A DNA stretch of 64,000 bases from Desulfobacterales bacterium. Lineage in GTDB: Bacteria; Desulfobacterota; Desulfobacteria; Desulfobacterales; UBA5852. The stretch is from positions 160,001 through 224,000 of the forward strand of contig CAXXVS010000002.1 in NCBI GenBank assembly GCA_963674755.2, written 5' to 3'. Under the pieces are notes generated by a model that was not told where the DNA came from, searched no databases, and saw nothing but the letters and a program-made list of their open reading frames with translations. The position numbers were made by a program, and so were the translations under genes. This document shows positions 1-10,010 of this stretch, piece after piece. The stretch's first letter is position 1. Every line of letters starts with the position of its first letter.

Positions 1-1470
1 CGCGGGATGCATTTTTCCCGGGGCCCCCAGGGGCGTCTGAGCAAACGTACTTTTGGCGGCCATACACGCAATTTCGGGGAGGCATCCGCTTTTCGGGCCG
101 TGTTCGAAGCGGACCGCACGGGCAAAGGCATCATGGATACCGCCTGGGGCGAGTCGCTGAAGAGAAACATCAACTTCATTCACCAATGTGTGGCCGTGGA
201 ACTGTTGATCAAGGACCGGCAGTGCGCCGGCTGTATCGTGTTCCAGCAGAAACCGGGCACCTTTGTGCGCATTCTGGCCAAGGCCACCGTGTTCGCCTCC
301 GGCGGCAGCGGCCAGGTGTTTAAGGTGACCACCAACTGCCGGCAGAATACCGGCGACGGGTTGGCGTTGGTGATGGAGGCCGGGCTCCCGGTGATGGACC
401 CCGAAGCGGTTCAATTTCATCCTACGGGCATCGTGGGACCGGGCATCCTGGCCAGCGAGACCCTGCGTTCGGTGGGCGGCATCCTGCGCAACAAAGATCT
501 GGAACCGTTCATGGTCAAGTACGCCCCCAAGATGAAAGAGCTGGCGCCGCGGGACATGGTGGCCCGGGCCATCGAGTCGGAAATCCGTGAAGGCCGGGGG
601 ATTTTAAACCCGGATCACAACATTCCCCATGTCTGGATCGATCTGCGCCACCTGCCCGCCGAGGTGCATGAACAGCAGATTCCGGAAGTGAACAGCTTTT
701 TCAAACGCTACGTCAACCTGGATCCGCGCACAGAGCTGTGTCCGGTCAGACCGAGCAACCACTACCACATGGGCGGCATTCCCACCAACGCCTTCGGAGA
801 GGTTCAGGACGCCGAACAGGAGATCATCGCAGGCCTCTACGCAGTGGGGGAGTGCGCCGCTGCCAGCTTCCATGGATTCAACCGCCTGGGCACCAATTCG
901 ATCCTGGAACTGATCACCATGGGCAAGCTCGTGGCCGATCGGGTGGTGGAGCGCTTGGAGACGATATCTGCGCCTCAGCCTGAAATCAAGGCCGGGCGGT
1001 ACCGTCGAAAATTCGAAGGCTATTTTTCAGCCAAAGGGAAAGACAACATCGGCCAGATTCGGAACACCCTGCGGACCGTGATGACCGACAAGGTCAGCGT
1101 TTTTCGCACGGAAGATGGCATCCGTGAGGCCATCGAGACGCTTCGGGAACTCAAAACACGGGCCGAGCAAACCGCGATAATCGGCCGCAATATGGCCATG
1201 AACCAGGAGCTTGTTCAGCGCTGGGAGATCGATAACCTGCTGGCCGTGTCGATGGCGATTTGCGAAGCCGCCCTGCACCGCAAGGAATCGCGCGGGGCCC
1301 ATTTCCGGGACGATTTCCCCGACCGCCGGGACGAATTCAACTACCATACTCTGGTGAGCATGCCGGCGTTCGGAGAGATCAAGCTAGGCCAGCGGAAGGT
1401 GGATATGAGCATCTTCAAAGGCGGGGGCGAGAATTACGAAAAATTCGGCATCATCGAACGTAAATATTAG
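1..1470 (+). CDS. sdhA: Succinate dehydrogenase/fumarate reductase flavoprotein subunit (5' end outside window)
   Basis: Motifs RTFGGH, NTGDG, QFHPTG, LAPRDMVAR, HYHMGG, HGFNRLGTNS, RKESRGAHFRDDFP; frame open from base 1. Confidence 0.9.
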   Translation, partial: RGMHFSRGPQGRLSKRTFGGHTRNFGEASAFRAVFEADRTGKGIMDTAWGESLKRNINFIHQCVAVELLIKDRQCAGCIVFQQKPGTFVRILAKATVFASGGSGQVFKVTTNCRQNTGDGLALVMEAGLPVMDPEAVQFHPTGIVGPGILASETLRSVGGILRNKDLEPFMVKYAPKMKELAPRDMVARAIESEIREGRGILNPDHNIPHVWIDLRHLPAEVHEQQIPEVNSFFKRYVNLDPRTELCPVRPSNHYHMGGIPTNAFGEVQDAEQEIIAGLYAVGECAAASFHGFNRLGTNSILELITMGKLVADRVVERLETISAPQPEIKAGRYRRKFEGYFSAKGKDNIGQIRNTLRTVMTDKVSVFRTEDGIREAIETLRELKTRAEQTAIIGRNMAMNQELVQRWEIDNLLAVSMAICEAALHRKESRGAHFRDDFPDRRDEFNYHTLVSMPAFGEIKLGQRKVDMSIFKGGGENYEKFGIIERKY

Positions 1471-1506
1471 ATTCGTCCGCTGTGTGAGGACCACAGAATA
1501 GCGCAG

Positions 1507-2232
1507 GTGAGAGATATGACGACATATGACATTACATTGAAAATTCACCGATACGATCCTGAAAAAGAGAAATCCTGGGTGCAGTCTTATCAACTCAAAG
1601 CCGGACGGATTATGCGGTTTGTCGATTTGTTCCGCAAAATCAACGACGAGCAGGACCCGACCCTGGCCTGGGGTTCCTCCTGCGAGCACGGACAGTGCGG
1701 GACCTGTTCCATGAAAATTAACGGGAAACCTCTCTTGGCATGTGAGCTTCTCGTTGAAAATGCGGTCGCTCAATTCGGCACCACGACTTTCAGGGTGGAG
1801 CCGCTGGATGTGGCGCCGGTTGTTCGGGACCTGGTGGTGGATACGGAGAAGGCTTACGAACGGCTCGATCGCATCAAACCTTACATTATCAATCCCAAAC
1901 CGCCCTCCGGTGATGGCAAGGAACACGCTATCGATCCAAGAGAGTTGGAGCGGTACGTGTCGGCAACCCGGTGCATCAATTGCTTCTGTTGCACGTCAGC
2001 CTGCATGACCAGCAACAGCAATTTTCTGGGGCCCAATGCCATGCTGGCCACCATTGTACGGGTGATGGACCCACGCGAGCAGGAAAAAGAAGAACGACGG
2101 CGGTGCCTTTACAGTGAAGAAGGCGTTTACCGTTGTCATTCCTCCCAGGCCTGCTCGTTCGTTTGTCCCAAAGAGATCGATGTGGCCCACTTTATCGCGC
2201 TCGCCAAAGCCGGTACGTTGCAAACGGAATAA
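1507..2232 (+). CDS. sdhB: Succinate dehydrogenase/fumarate reductase iron-sulfur subunit
   Basis: SCEHGQCGTC..C (2Fe-2S), CINCFCCTSAC and CHSSQACSFVCP clusters; follows the flavoprotein gene. Confidence 0.9.
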   Translation: MRDMTTYDITLKIHRYDPEKEKSWVQSYQLKAGRIMRFVDLFRKINDEQDPTLAWGSSCEHGQCGTCSMKINGKPLLACELLVENAVAQFGTTTFRVEPLDVAPVVRDLVVDTEKAYERLDRIKPYIINPKPPSGDGKEHAIDPRELERYVSATRCINCFCCTSACMTSNSNFLGPNAMLATIVRVMDPREQEKEERRRCLYSEEGVYRCHSSQACSFVCPKEIDVAHFIALAKAGTLQTE

Positions 2233-2422
2233 AAGACGCCACGCGGAATGATTCTACCGGAAACGCTCAGGTCGATCGTAGCACCGCGCGGCGAATGACC
2301 CTAATGGCTGTATAGTGGCGCACGGCCTCTGTTTTGCTGAATGAAATTCGTAAATTACGAGCATGATAATCTTGGGAATGGTTAAAGGGGAGTTTTTCAT
2401 CAACGCGAACAGGGAGGGAATT

Positions 2423-3430
2423 ATGAAGCGCTATCTGATGGCAGGCTTGGTGTTTTGTCTTTGCGGTCTAATAATGATCACGCCGGCGGTGGCCAAGAAG
2501 AAACCGATTAAGATCCGTTTTTCGCACGTGGTAGCGGACAATACCCCCAAGGGCTGGGCTGCCAAGGAGTTCGCACGGCGGGTGAACGAGGAGCTTGCGG
2601 GTCAAGTCGAAGTCCAGGTTTTTCCCAATGCCCAGCTCTACGGCGATAATCAGGCGATTGAGGCGCTCTCGGCAGGATTTATCGAAATGGCCGCGCCGGC
2701 CACAGCGAAATATGTCGGGTCGATTCCCCAGCTTCAGCTTTTCGATATGCCGTTTTTATTCCCGAGCATCAATGCCACCTACAAGGTTATCGACGGTGCC
2801 ATCGGTCAGGAGATCAGCGATCTTTTCACTAAACGCGGCCTGAAGCAGCTTGCCTATTGGGACAATGGGTTCAAGCACTTCTCCAGCAGCAAGTGTCCAT
2901 TGCTTGCACCGGCCGATTTTAAAGGTCAGAAATTCAGAATCCAAAGCTCAGATATCCTTGAGGCGCAGATGAAACAGCTTGGCGCTACCGGGCTTAAACT
3001 ACCGTTTGCAGAAGTCTACAATGCCTTGGAGCAAGGCGTCGTGGACGGACAGGAAAATACGGCCTCGAATATTTACTCCAAAAAATTCCATGAAGTGCAG
3101 AAACATTTGACCGTTTCCAACCACGGCTACATAGGGTACGTGGTGGTGACAACGGAGCGCTTCTGGAACAGTCTCCCACAGGATATCCAGACTCGCCTGG
3201 AACGCATCATGAAGGAGGTCACCCTGGCTGAACGCAAGATGGCGATGGAGATGAATATGGGAGATCTCGCCAGGATCAGGGAGTATGCGGAGAAGTCGAA
3301 ACGTTTGCAGATATATGAATTAGAGGATCAACAGAAGGCAAAAATGAAACAGGCCCTTGAGCCGGTTCACAAGATGATGCCTGAAGTCGTACCGGTACGC
3401 TGGGTAGATGAGATTTACCAGATGAAGTAA
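2423..3430 (+). CDS. dctP: TRAP transporter substrate-binding protein (C4-dicarboxylate type)
   Basis: Signal peptide, IRFSHVV, WDNGFK, KFRIQ, GVVDGQEN; ATG at 2423 has a GGAGG RBS. Confidence 0.9.
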   Translation: MKRYLMAGLVFCLCGLIMITPAVAKKKPIKIRFSHVVADNTPKGWAAKEFARRVNEELAGQVEVQVFPNAQLYGDNQAIEALSAGFIEMAAPATAKYVGSIPQLQLFDMPFLFPSINATYKVIDGAIGQEISDLFTKRGLKQLAYWDNGFKHFSSSKCPLLAPADFKGQKFRIQSSDILEAQMKQLGATGLKLPFAEVYNALEQGVVDGQENTASNIYSKKFHEVQKHLTVSNHGYIGYVVVTTERFWNSLPQDIQTRLERIMKEVTLAERKMAMEMNMGDLARIREYAEKSKRLQIYELEDQQKAKMKQALEPVHKMMPEVVPVRWVDEIYQMK

Positions 3431-3491
3431 ACCCGCAACGAAATCTTCCGGGGAGCGAACGCTTCTCCTCGGGCGATCAAGGGAAGGGTGT

Positions 3492-4031
3492 ATGCTGATC
3501 AAAATTATCCAAATTTGGGGACGAACAGAGGAATTTCTGGTGGTGCTTCTTTTGGGGCTTGCATCTTACCTGACCTTTCAGGAGGTCATTCTGCGCTATG
3601 TTTTTAATACTGGATGGGGGGGATCTTACGAAATTTCGGTAATGGCTTTGATTTACTGTACCTTTATCGGGGCAAGTCTGGGGGTGAAAGAGAATATTCA
3701 CATCGGCGTCGACTTGCTGGTGAAAAAATTTCCACCTCATCTCCAAAGAAAACTGGTTTTGGTTTCAATCGGACTTTGCATTCTGTTTGGCGCTATCGTC
3801 GCGGTTACAGGATATCAGTTCTCCCTTTTTATCCATAAAAGCCATTTGCTGTCCCGCGATCTGCGAATACCCATGGAAATCGGATATGCGGCCATTCCAT
3901 TGGGGGGCACGCTGTTTTGTCTGCGGTTTATCGAACGGCTGGTTTACGTGCTTAAAGGTGGAACGTTCGAGGCCGATCGAATGCATGAGCTGTCTGAAGC
4001 GGATAAGCAAAAACTGATTCACTCCAAATAG
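3492..4031 (+). CDS. dctQ: TRAP transporter small permease
   Basis: About 4 TM segments, VILRYVF and HIGVD motifs; between dctP and dctM. Confidence 0.88.
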   Translation: MLIKIIQIWGRTEEFLVVLLLGLASYLTFQEVILRYVFNTGWGGSYEISVMALIYCTFIGASLGVKENIHIGVDLLVKKFPPHLQRKLVLVSIGLCILFGAIVAVTGYQFSLFIHKSHLLSRDLRIPMEIGYAAIPLGGTLFCLRFIERLVYVLKGGTFEADRMHELSEADKQKLIHSK

Positions 4032-4085
4032 CTGCGGCGGTGTTCACCTTTTTCGGCAGCCGCCGTATTCCCCAAGGAGCACCCC

Positions 4086-5381
4086 ATGGAGAGCGTAGGC
4101 TTAACCCTGTTTCTAATGTTCTTTGTTTTTCTTTTGCTTGGCATGCCATTGGCCGTTTGTTTAGGGCTCTCGGTGATTGCCACGTTTTGGTGGCACGAGT
4201 CTCTGCCGCTCATGGCGGTCGCGCAAAAATTATACAACGGGATCGATCACTTCCCCCTAATGGCGATACCTTTTTTTGTTTTAGCCAGCAACATCATGTC
4301 CACGGGCGGTGTTTCCAGGCGTTTGATCGATGTCTGCAATGCCTTTGTTGGTCATTACAAGGGCGGGCTGGCCGTGGCATCCATTATTTCCTGCATGTTT
4401 TTCGCGGCGATTTCAGGATCGAGTCCGTCAACAGTGGTGGCCATCGGATCAATCATGATTCCGGCCATGATGTTATCCGGCTACGGCCCGCGTTATAGCG
4501 TAGGCCTTTTGGGCTCGGCAGGTTCGCTGGGGATTCTGATCCCACCGAGCATTCCCATGATCGTTTACGGCGTGGCCACCGAACAGTCGGTGGGGAAGCT
4601 TTTCATGGCTGGCGTTGGACCAGGGATTTTCCTGGGCGGGGTTTTTATCGTCACGGCCGTGATTGTCGCCAAGGTTAAAAACTTCGAAGGAACCGATGTG
4701 GTCCCTTGGAGAGAACGGTTGACCTTACTACGGCAGGCGATGCCAGGGCTAATGATGCCGATCATCGTCCTTGGGGGCATCTACGGCGGAATTTTCACGC
4801 CCACCGAAGCTGCCGCTGTTGCCGTAGCGTATTCCTTGTTTGTGGGCCTATTCATATACAGGGACTTGCGGTTTCGCGATTTGCCCAAGGTGTTTATCCG
4901 CTCGGCAGTGGTTATGGCCATGCTGCTCTTCATCATCACCAACGCCATGCTCTTTGCGTTTATTCTGACGACGGAAGGCATTCCTGTGGCCATCGCTGAT
5001 TTTATCGTTTGCCATGCTGTAACGCCATGGGTGTTTCTTTTGTTTGTCAACGTTCTTTTATACTTCGTGGGTGATTTCATGGAGCCGAGCGCGGCCATCT
5101 TGATTCTGGCCCCGCTTTTTCTTCCGATTGTGGAGGAGTTGGGGATCAATCCCATCCATTTCGGTATAATTATGACGGTGAACATGGAGATCGGGATGAT
5201 TACGCCCCCGGTGGGCCTAAATCTTTTTGTCGCCAGCGGGATTTCGGGATTATCGCTCTGGGACGTTTTCAAAGGCGCCGCTCCCTTTATGGTCATTATG
5301 TTAATCGGTCTGCTGATCATCACTTACGTTCCGGTCATTTCGCTTTGGGTTCCCAAACTGCTCTATGGCGCCCTTTTCTAA
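4086..5381 (+). CDS. dctM: TRAP transporter large permease
   Basis: AIPFF, ISGSS, LGILIPPSIPMIVYG, FTPTEAA, ITPPVG motifs. Confidence 0.92.
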   Translation: MESVGLTLFLMFFVFLLLGMPLAVCLGLSVIATFWWHESLPLMAVAQKLYNGIDHFPLMAIPFFVLASNIMSTGGVSRRLIDVCNAFVGHYKGGLAVASIISCMFFAAISGSSPSTVVAIGSIMIPAMMLSGYGPRYSVGLLGSAGSLGILIPPSIPMIVYGVATEQSVGKLFMAGVGPGIFLGGVFIVTAVIVAKVKNFEGTDVVPWRERLTLLRQAMPGLMMPIIVLGGIYGGIFTPTEAAAVAVAYSLFVGLFIYRDLRFRDLPKVFIRSAVVMAMLLFIITNAMLFAFILTTEGIPVAIADFIVCHAVTPWVFLLFVNVLLYFVGDFMEPSAAILILAPLFLPIVEELGINPIHFGIIMTVNMEIGMITPPVGLNLFVASGISGLSLWDVFKGAAPFMVIMLIGLLIITYVPVISLWVPKLLYGALF

Positions 5382-5431
5382 CGACGGTGAAAGGATCGAA
5401 GTGACATGACATGGATGAGGATTGAGAGGGG

Positions 5432-6274
5432 ATGATGCGGGAAATTCGCACTGAAGAAATAGTACCGGTTGTCCGCGAACTTGCCATGCGGGCCAACATG
5501 GAACTCGGACAGGATGTCCTAGATGCGTTGCACCGGGCGCGGACGGTAGAAGAATCGCCGATTGGGGTCGAGATATTGGAACGCTTGATTGAAAACGCGG
5601 ATATCGCCAAACGTGAAAAAATTCCTATGTGCCAGGATACCGGCGTGGCCGTGGTGTTTGTGGAATTAGGCCAGGAGGTGCATATCACGGGGGGCACTTT
5701 GACCGATGCCATCAACGAAGGGGTTCGGAAGGGATATGCCGACGGCTATCTGCGCCAAAGCGTTTGCGATCCCATCACCCGTGAGAACACCGGGGACAAT
5801 ACACCGGCGGTGATTCATCTGGAACTCGTGGAAGGGGATGGCTTCAAGATCACGCTTGCCTCAAAGGGTTTTGGATCGGAGAATATGAGCCGGGTTACCA
5901 TGCTGCCGCCATCCGCCGGCATCAACGGGGCCAGGGATGTTGTCGTGCAGCGGGTGGCGGAGGCCGGTCCCAACCCGTGCCCCCCCACAATTGTCGGCGT
6001 AGGCATTGGAGGAACGTTGGAGAAAGCAGCCATGCTAGCCAAAAAGGCTTTGTTGAGGCCCCTGGGGTCGCCCAATCCTGATCCGGCACTCGACGGGCTG
6101 GAGGCTGACTGGCTGAAACGCATCAATTGCCTGGGCATCGGCCCCCAGGGGTTAGGTGGACGCGTGACCTCCCTGGCTGTTCACATCAATACCGCGCCGA
6201 CGCATATTGCCAGCATTCCGGTAGCCGTCAATATCCAGTGCCATGCTTCCCGACATAAAACAGCAGAATTCTGA
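5432..6274 (+). CDS. Fe-S hydro-lyase, fumarate hydratase/tartrate dehydratase alpha subunit
   Basis: PMCQDTG, KGFGSEN, NPCPP, GVGIGG, GIGPQGLGG, QCHASRH motifs. Confidence 0.9.
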   Translation: MMREIRTEEIVPVVRELAMRANMELGQDVLDALHRARTVEESPIGVEILERLIENADIAKREKIPMCQDTGVAVVFVELGQEVHITGGTLTDAINEGVRKGYADGYLRQSVCDPITRENTGDNTPAVIHLELVEGDGFKITLASKGFGSENMSRVTMLPPSAGINGARDVVVQRVAEAGPNPCPPTIVGVGIGGTLEKAAMLAKKALLRPLGSPNPDPALDGLEADWLKRINCLGIGPQGLGGRVTSLAVHINTAPTHIASIPVAVNIQCHASRHKTAEF

Positions 6275-6335
6275 GACGGCAGGTCTATCCCGTGGTCCGA
6301 TGCAAAGCGTCAGGTCTCATGGAGAGGAAAGCAGA

Positions 6336-6902
6336 ATGAATTCACCAATTCACCTTAAGGTCCCCTTGGATGCAGAGCGGATTATGAACCTGCGGGCGGG
6401 CGACCGGGTGTTGCTGAACGGGACTATTTACACGGCGCGGGATGCCGCTCATAAGCGCCTGGTGGCAATTCTTGAACAGGGGGAAGCCTTGCCGTTTAAT
6501 CTGGATGGGCAAGTGATTTACTACGTCGGCCCCACCCCACCCAAACCGGGAATGCCGATTGGCGCGGCCGGGCCCACTACGAGTTACCGAATGGATCCTT
6601 ATGCCCCCACGCTGATTGCGCATGGCTTGAGGGGTATGATCGGAAAAGGCGCACGGGGAGCACTGGTGAAGACGGCCATGCAGCGGCACAAGGCGGTCTA
6701 TATGGCGGCGATCGGGGGGGCAGGCGCGCTTATGGCCCAAGCGGTGCGTTCGGCTGAGGTGGTGGCCTATCCTGAGCTGGGTGCCGAAGCAATTCGGCGG
6801 CTGGTGGTGGAAGGTTTGCCCCTTGTCGTGGTTAACGATGTCCACGGGGGAGACTTGTACGAAGACGGTGTGAAAACTTACAGGCGCCCCTTTGTTTCCT
6901 AG
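6336..6902 (+). CDS. Fe-S hydro-lyase, fumarate hydratase/tartrate dehydratase beta subunit
   Basis: TARDAAHKR, YYVGP, GPTTSYRMD, IGKG motifs; start chosen by GAGGA RBS. Confidence 0.9.
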   Translation: MNSPIHLKVPLDAERIMNLRAGDRVLLNGTIYTARDAAHKRLVAILEQGEALPFNLDGQVIYYVGPTPPKPGMPIGAAGPTTSYRMDPYAPTLIAHGLRGMIGKGARGALVKTAMQRHKAVYMAAIGGAGALMAQAVRSAEVVAYPELGAEAIRRLVVEGLPLVVVNDVHGGDLYEDGVKTYRRPFVS

Positions 6903-6975
6903 TAAAACCAATTCATGGGATTTCCCCATTTAGCGATTAGGGAGCTTTTCAGGTCAAACGGCCTATCAAGTAATC

Positions 6976-8376
6976 ATGGAGAATGAGATGGAAATTACGT
7001 GCAATATTGCCCAGATGGCTACAGAACTCGACTATGCGGCTGTTGATGCGGCTACGCAGGATCGCGCTAAATACCTCCTGTTAGATTATTTGGGGGTGGC
7101 CATCCGCGGTTCTCAAACCGATTCTGCGCAGTTGGTTCAACGTTTTCTTGCCGCAACCCATACGACATCGCAGGGGGTGCCGGTCATCGGTACGCCGATG
7201 CGGGCGGAAGCCCCTTTCGCTGCATTGGCCAACGGGACCGCTTCCCATTCCTTGGAGCTGGATGACGTGATCAATGCCGCTTCGCTGCATCCGGCGGTTA
7301 CCGTCATGTCGGCCGCCCTTTCCGTCGGATGCCAGGTCGGCTGCTCGGGTCGTGAGCTATTGGAGGGCATCATCGCCGGATACGAGTTGACGGCTAAACT
7401 CGGCATTGCTTTGGATCCGGCCGCCCATTATGCCCGGGGCTTTCACCCGACCGGTACTTGCGGAACCCTCGGATCGGCCCTGGCGGCGGCCAAGATTATG
7501 AAGCTGGATGCCGAGGGCATCGCCCGGGCTCTTGGAATTGCAGGAAGCCAGGCGGCCGGTTCCATGGAGTTTTTGACGGATGGGTCCCTTACCAAACGCT
7601 TTCATGCGGGGTGGGCGGCGCACGCTGGGGTGATTGCCGCGCTGTTGGCACGAGAGGGTTTCACGGGGCCCACCAGCATTATCGAAGGGCGGCTGGGATT
7701 TTTGCACGCCTACTCTCCGGTGTCCGATTCTGAAAAAGTGCTCGCGGGATGGGGGGCGCCCTATGAAATTTTGAAAACGAGTATCAAACCGCACGCCTGC
7801 TGCCGCTACAAACAGGGCTCGATCGATTGCATTCTTGAAATCGTGCGAGCCAATGGACTGTCCGAAGACGATATCGAAAAAGTGATTGTGAGCATTCTCA
7901 AGGCGGGTTCCGCCATCGTTGCCGAACCCAGGGAGAGCAAACTGAATCCTCAGAGCATCGTCGATGCCCAGTTCAGCATGCCGTTCGGTGCGGCCGTGGC
8001 TATAATCTACGGTCAGGCATTTCTGGACCAGTACTGTATGGAGAATCTGGGCTCGGAACGGGTACGCAAACTGATGCAGCGCGTCGACTGCATTGAAAAT
8101 CCGGAAATCGAGAAGGACTTTCCTAACAAATGGCCGGCGGAAGTCGAAATCGCCACTCGCGACGGCCGTACGTTCCGGTTGGGGCTTCAGCATCCGAAGG
8201 GCGATCCTGAAAACCCGCTTTCCTGGGATGAAATTATAGCGAAATTCGACAGTTTGGCCCAATCCGTATTTACCGGAGAACAATGCCGTTCTATCGTCGC
8301 GCGTGTGCGTGCCATCGACGAAGAGACGGATATCAACCGTTTGATGAAAACCCTGACTGCTCCGGCAGCTAAGTAA
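6976..8376 (+). CDS. MmgE/PrpD family protein
   Basis: ANGTASHSLELDD, HP, GFHPTG, KRFHAG, KPHACCRY, AQFSMPF, PKGDPENPLS. Confidence 0.9.
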   Translation: MENEMEITCNIAQMATELDYAAVDAATQDRAKYLLLDYLGVAIRGSQTDSAQLVQRFLAATHTTSQGVPVIGTPMRAEAPFAALANGTASHSLELDDVINAASLHPAVTVMSAALSVGCQVGCSGRELLEGIIAGYELTAKLGIALDPAAHYARGFHPTGTCGTLGSALAAAKIMKLDAEGIARALGIAGSQAAGSMEFLTDGSLTKRFHAGWAAHAGVIAALLAREGFTGPTSIIEGRLGFLHAYSPVSDSEKVLAGWGAPYEILKTSIKPHACCRYKQGSIDCILEIVRANGLSEDDIEKVIVSILKAGSAIVAEPRESKLNPQSIVDAQFSMPFGAAVAIIYGQAFLDQYCMENLGSERVRKLMQRVDCIENPEIEKDFPNKWPAEVEIATRDGRTFRLGLQHPKGDPENPLSWDEIIAKFDSLAQSVFTGEQCRSIVARVRAIDEETDINRLMKTLTAPAAK

Positions 8377-8420
8377 GGATGTCGGGCGTCTTCCTTATTT
8401 CAAGAGCTGAGAGGTCATCC

Positions 8421-8990
8421 ATGAATTTACCGTCGATCCATATTAACAAAATCCTCTATGCCACCGATCTTTCAGAGAATGCGCGCCTTGCGTTTGCTTA
8501 TGCCGTGAGCCTGGCTAGCAAATACAATGCGCAGATTACGATATTGCACACCATGACCGAAACCAGTGATCTGGCTGTGGGATATATCGGCAAGGACGAA
8601 TGGCAAAGGATCAAAACGAAACACTTACAGGACGCGAAAGCTATTCTTATTGGCAAACTTGAGGAATCAGCTGCCGTTAAAGAGGCTTTAATGCAATTCG
8701 TCGACAGAGCAAAGTGCGAAGAGGGAATCGCTGACTTTGAGGCGGATGAGGTATTGGTGGAACACGGCAATCCTGTGGAAGCTATTCTAAAGGTTTCCAG
8801 AGAAAAAGGATGCGATATCATTGTCATGGGTAGCCGCGGGGCAGGCACTTTTATGAATGCCATGCTGGGCACCACAGCCTCGCGTGTTCTGAGAAGATCT
8901 TCTATCCCCGTATTAGTCATACGGCTGCCGGATGGTGAGAAGAAAAGCGCGATTTCGCAAAGCGCTTTAAAGACTTTGCCATGCCTGTGA
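8421..8990 (+). CDS. Universal stress protein
   Basis: KILYATDLS ... IVMGSRG ... LGTTASRVLRRSSIPVLVI. Confidence 0.88.
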   Translation: MNLPSIHINKILYATDLSENARLAFAYAVSLASKYNAQITILHTMTETSDLAVGYIGKDEWQRIKTKHLQDAKAILIGKLEESAAVKEALMQFVDRAKCEEGIADFEADEVLVEHGNPVEAILKVSREKGCDIIVMGSRGAGTFMNAMLGTTASRVLRRSSIPVLVIRLPDGEKKSAISQSALKTLPCL

Positions 8991-9723
8991 TTCCAGACGA
9001 TGTTGCGGCCAATTGGATCTGCAGCATTGTCTCTGGGGCTGCGGTCTAAATAGGCACTGACGGTCATCTCCTGGGTTTTGGCCCAGGCTAAAATCACGCC
9101 AAAAGATGATCGACACGCGGCCCAATTTTCGGTTGAAAGCTGGGGCTGAGGCATGAACTTGCGAAGAGGGATTCAACGTCGCAATACAGCGGCATACCGT
9201 TTGTAGGTTTATAAATTTGGGAATGGACACTGTCGCGCCCATGCTGATGCTGATATGAGAAGAGGGCCATTTGTTGGTGAGTGATCACGAAGTGGGAACA
9301 GGGGATGGGTGGCGGAAATATAAATCGACGACACTATTTCGCGTAACCTATTTATATTTTACATGATACCGGAAGTCGGGCTTGAGCCGGCGTTAATGTA
9401 TAGCAGGTAAGCATTTTCGGGCGATCGTAACAACAAGACAACAACCATAAGCTGGTTATCCGGATACGATTCGGTTCCTCCAAGATCAACCAGGCTTCGC
9501 TGACACCGCTCCAACCCAGCCCGCACAATTTAATCAGCAGTAAAATTCAGCGATCTTTAAGGCAAGCATCGCTCTGTATCTGGCCTGGTGGGCTGTTCAT
9601 AGATCGAGGGCAGTGTTGAGATCATCTTCTTGAAAACAGACACCATGGGGTATCTGTCCTGCCGGCAGACCGGTCCGCTGCCTCTCTACGCCAGCCGCTA
9701 TCGGCCTGTCCAACCACAGGAAT

Positions 9724-9769
9724 AAAAAAAGGACTTGGATAGGAGCGATCCTACCTAAGTCCCTTTTTT
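9724..9769 (-). terminator. Hairpin with A/T tails, probably the original host terminator of tRNA-Val displaced by prophage insertion
   Basis: aaaaaaaggacttggatagga-gcga-tcctacctaagtccctttttt, directly beyond the duplicated tRNA 3' end. Confidence 0.7.
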
Positions 9770-9770
9770 A

Positions 9771-9823
9771 TTATTGTGGTGGGCGGTACTGGGATTGAAC
9801 CAGTGACTTCTACCGTGTGAAGG
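9771..9823. repeat. Prophage attachment site (duplicated 3' part of tRNA-Val)
   Basis: 53 bp ttattgtggtgggcggtactgggattgaaccagtgacttctaccgtgtgaagg, identical to 36909-36961. Confidence 0.95.
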
Positions 9824-9892
9824 GGAAATGGGTAGATTATCCACCTTAAAATATTAATAAATTTAACTATGGTGTTGGTAACAGTAGCAGGT

Positions 9893-10010
9893 GTTACCAG
9901 CGTGGCAGCCTTATTACGTGAACATGGACCGCCTTGAGCATTTTGTCAACGAGCTTCCTATGACTGAGCTCGATGTCACCTAACCGAGAAAGCTGAATGC
10001 CCGAAGGTTT
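9893..10010 (-). pseudogene. Possible decayed C-terminus of a tyrosine integrase
   Basis: Across frameshifts reads roughly NLRA-IQL..LG-DIELS..LVDKML, resembling integrase box II (DLRxIQxLLGHxDI); points toward att. Confidence 0.25.

Noticed and set aside
2323..2338. Sigma-54 promoter upstream of dctP (CGGCCTCTGTTTTGCT)
   Set aside because: GG-N10-GC spacing fits but the -24 element is a poor match to TGGCAC; not supportable alone
8991..9720. Short ORFs or transposase remnants between the USP gene and att
   Set aside because: No recognisable motifs, terminal inverted repeats or RBS
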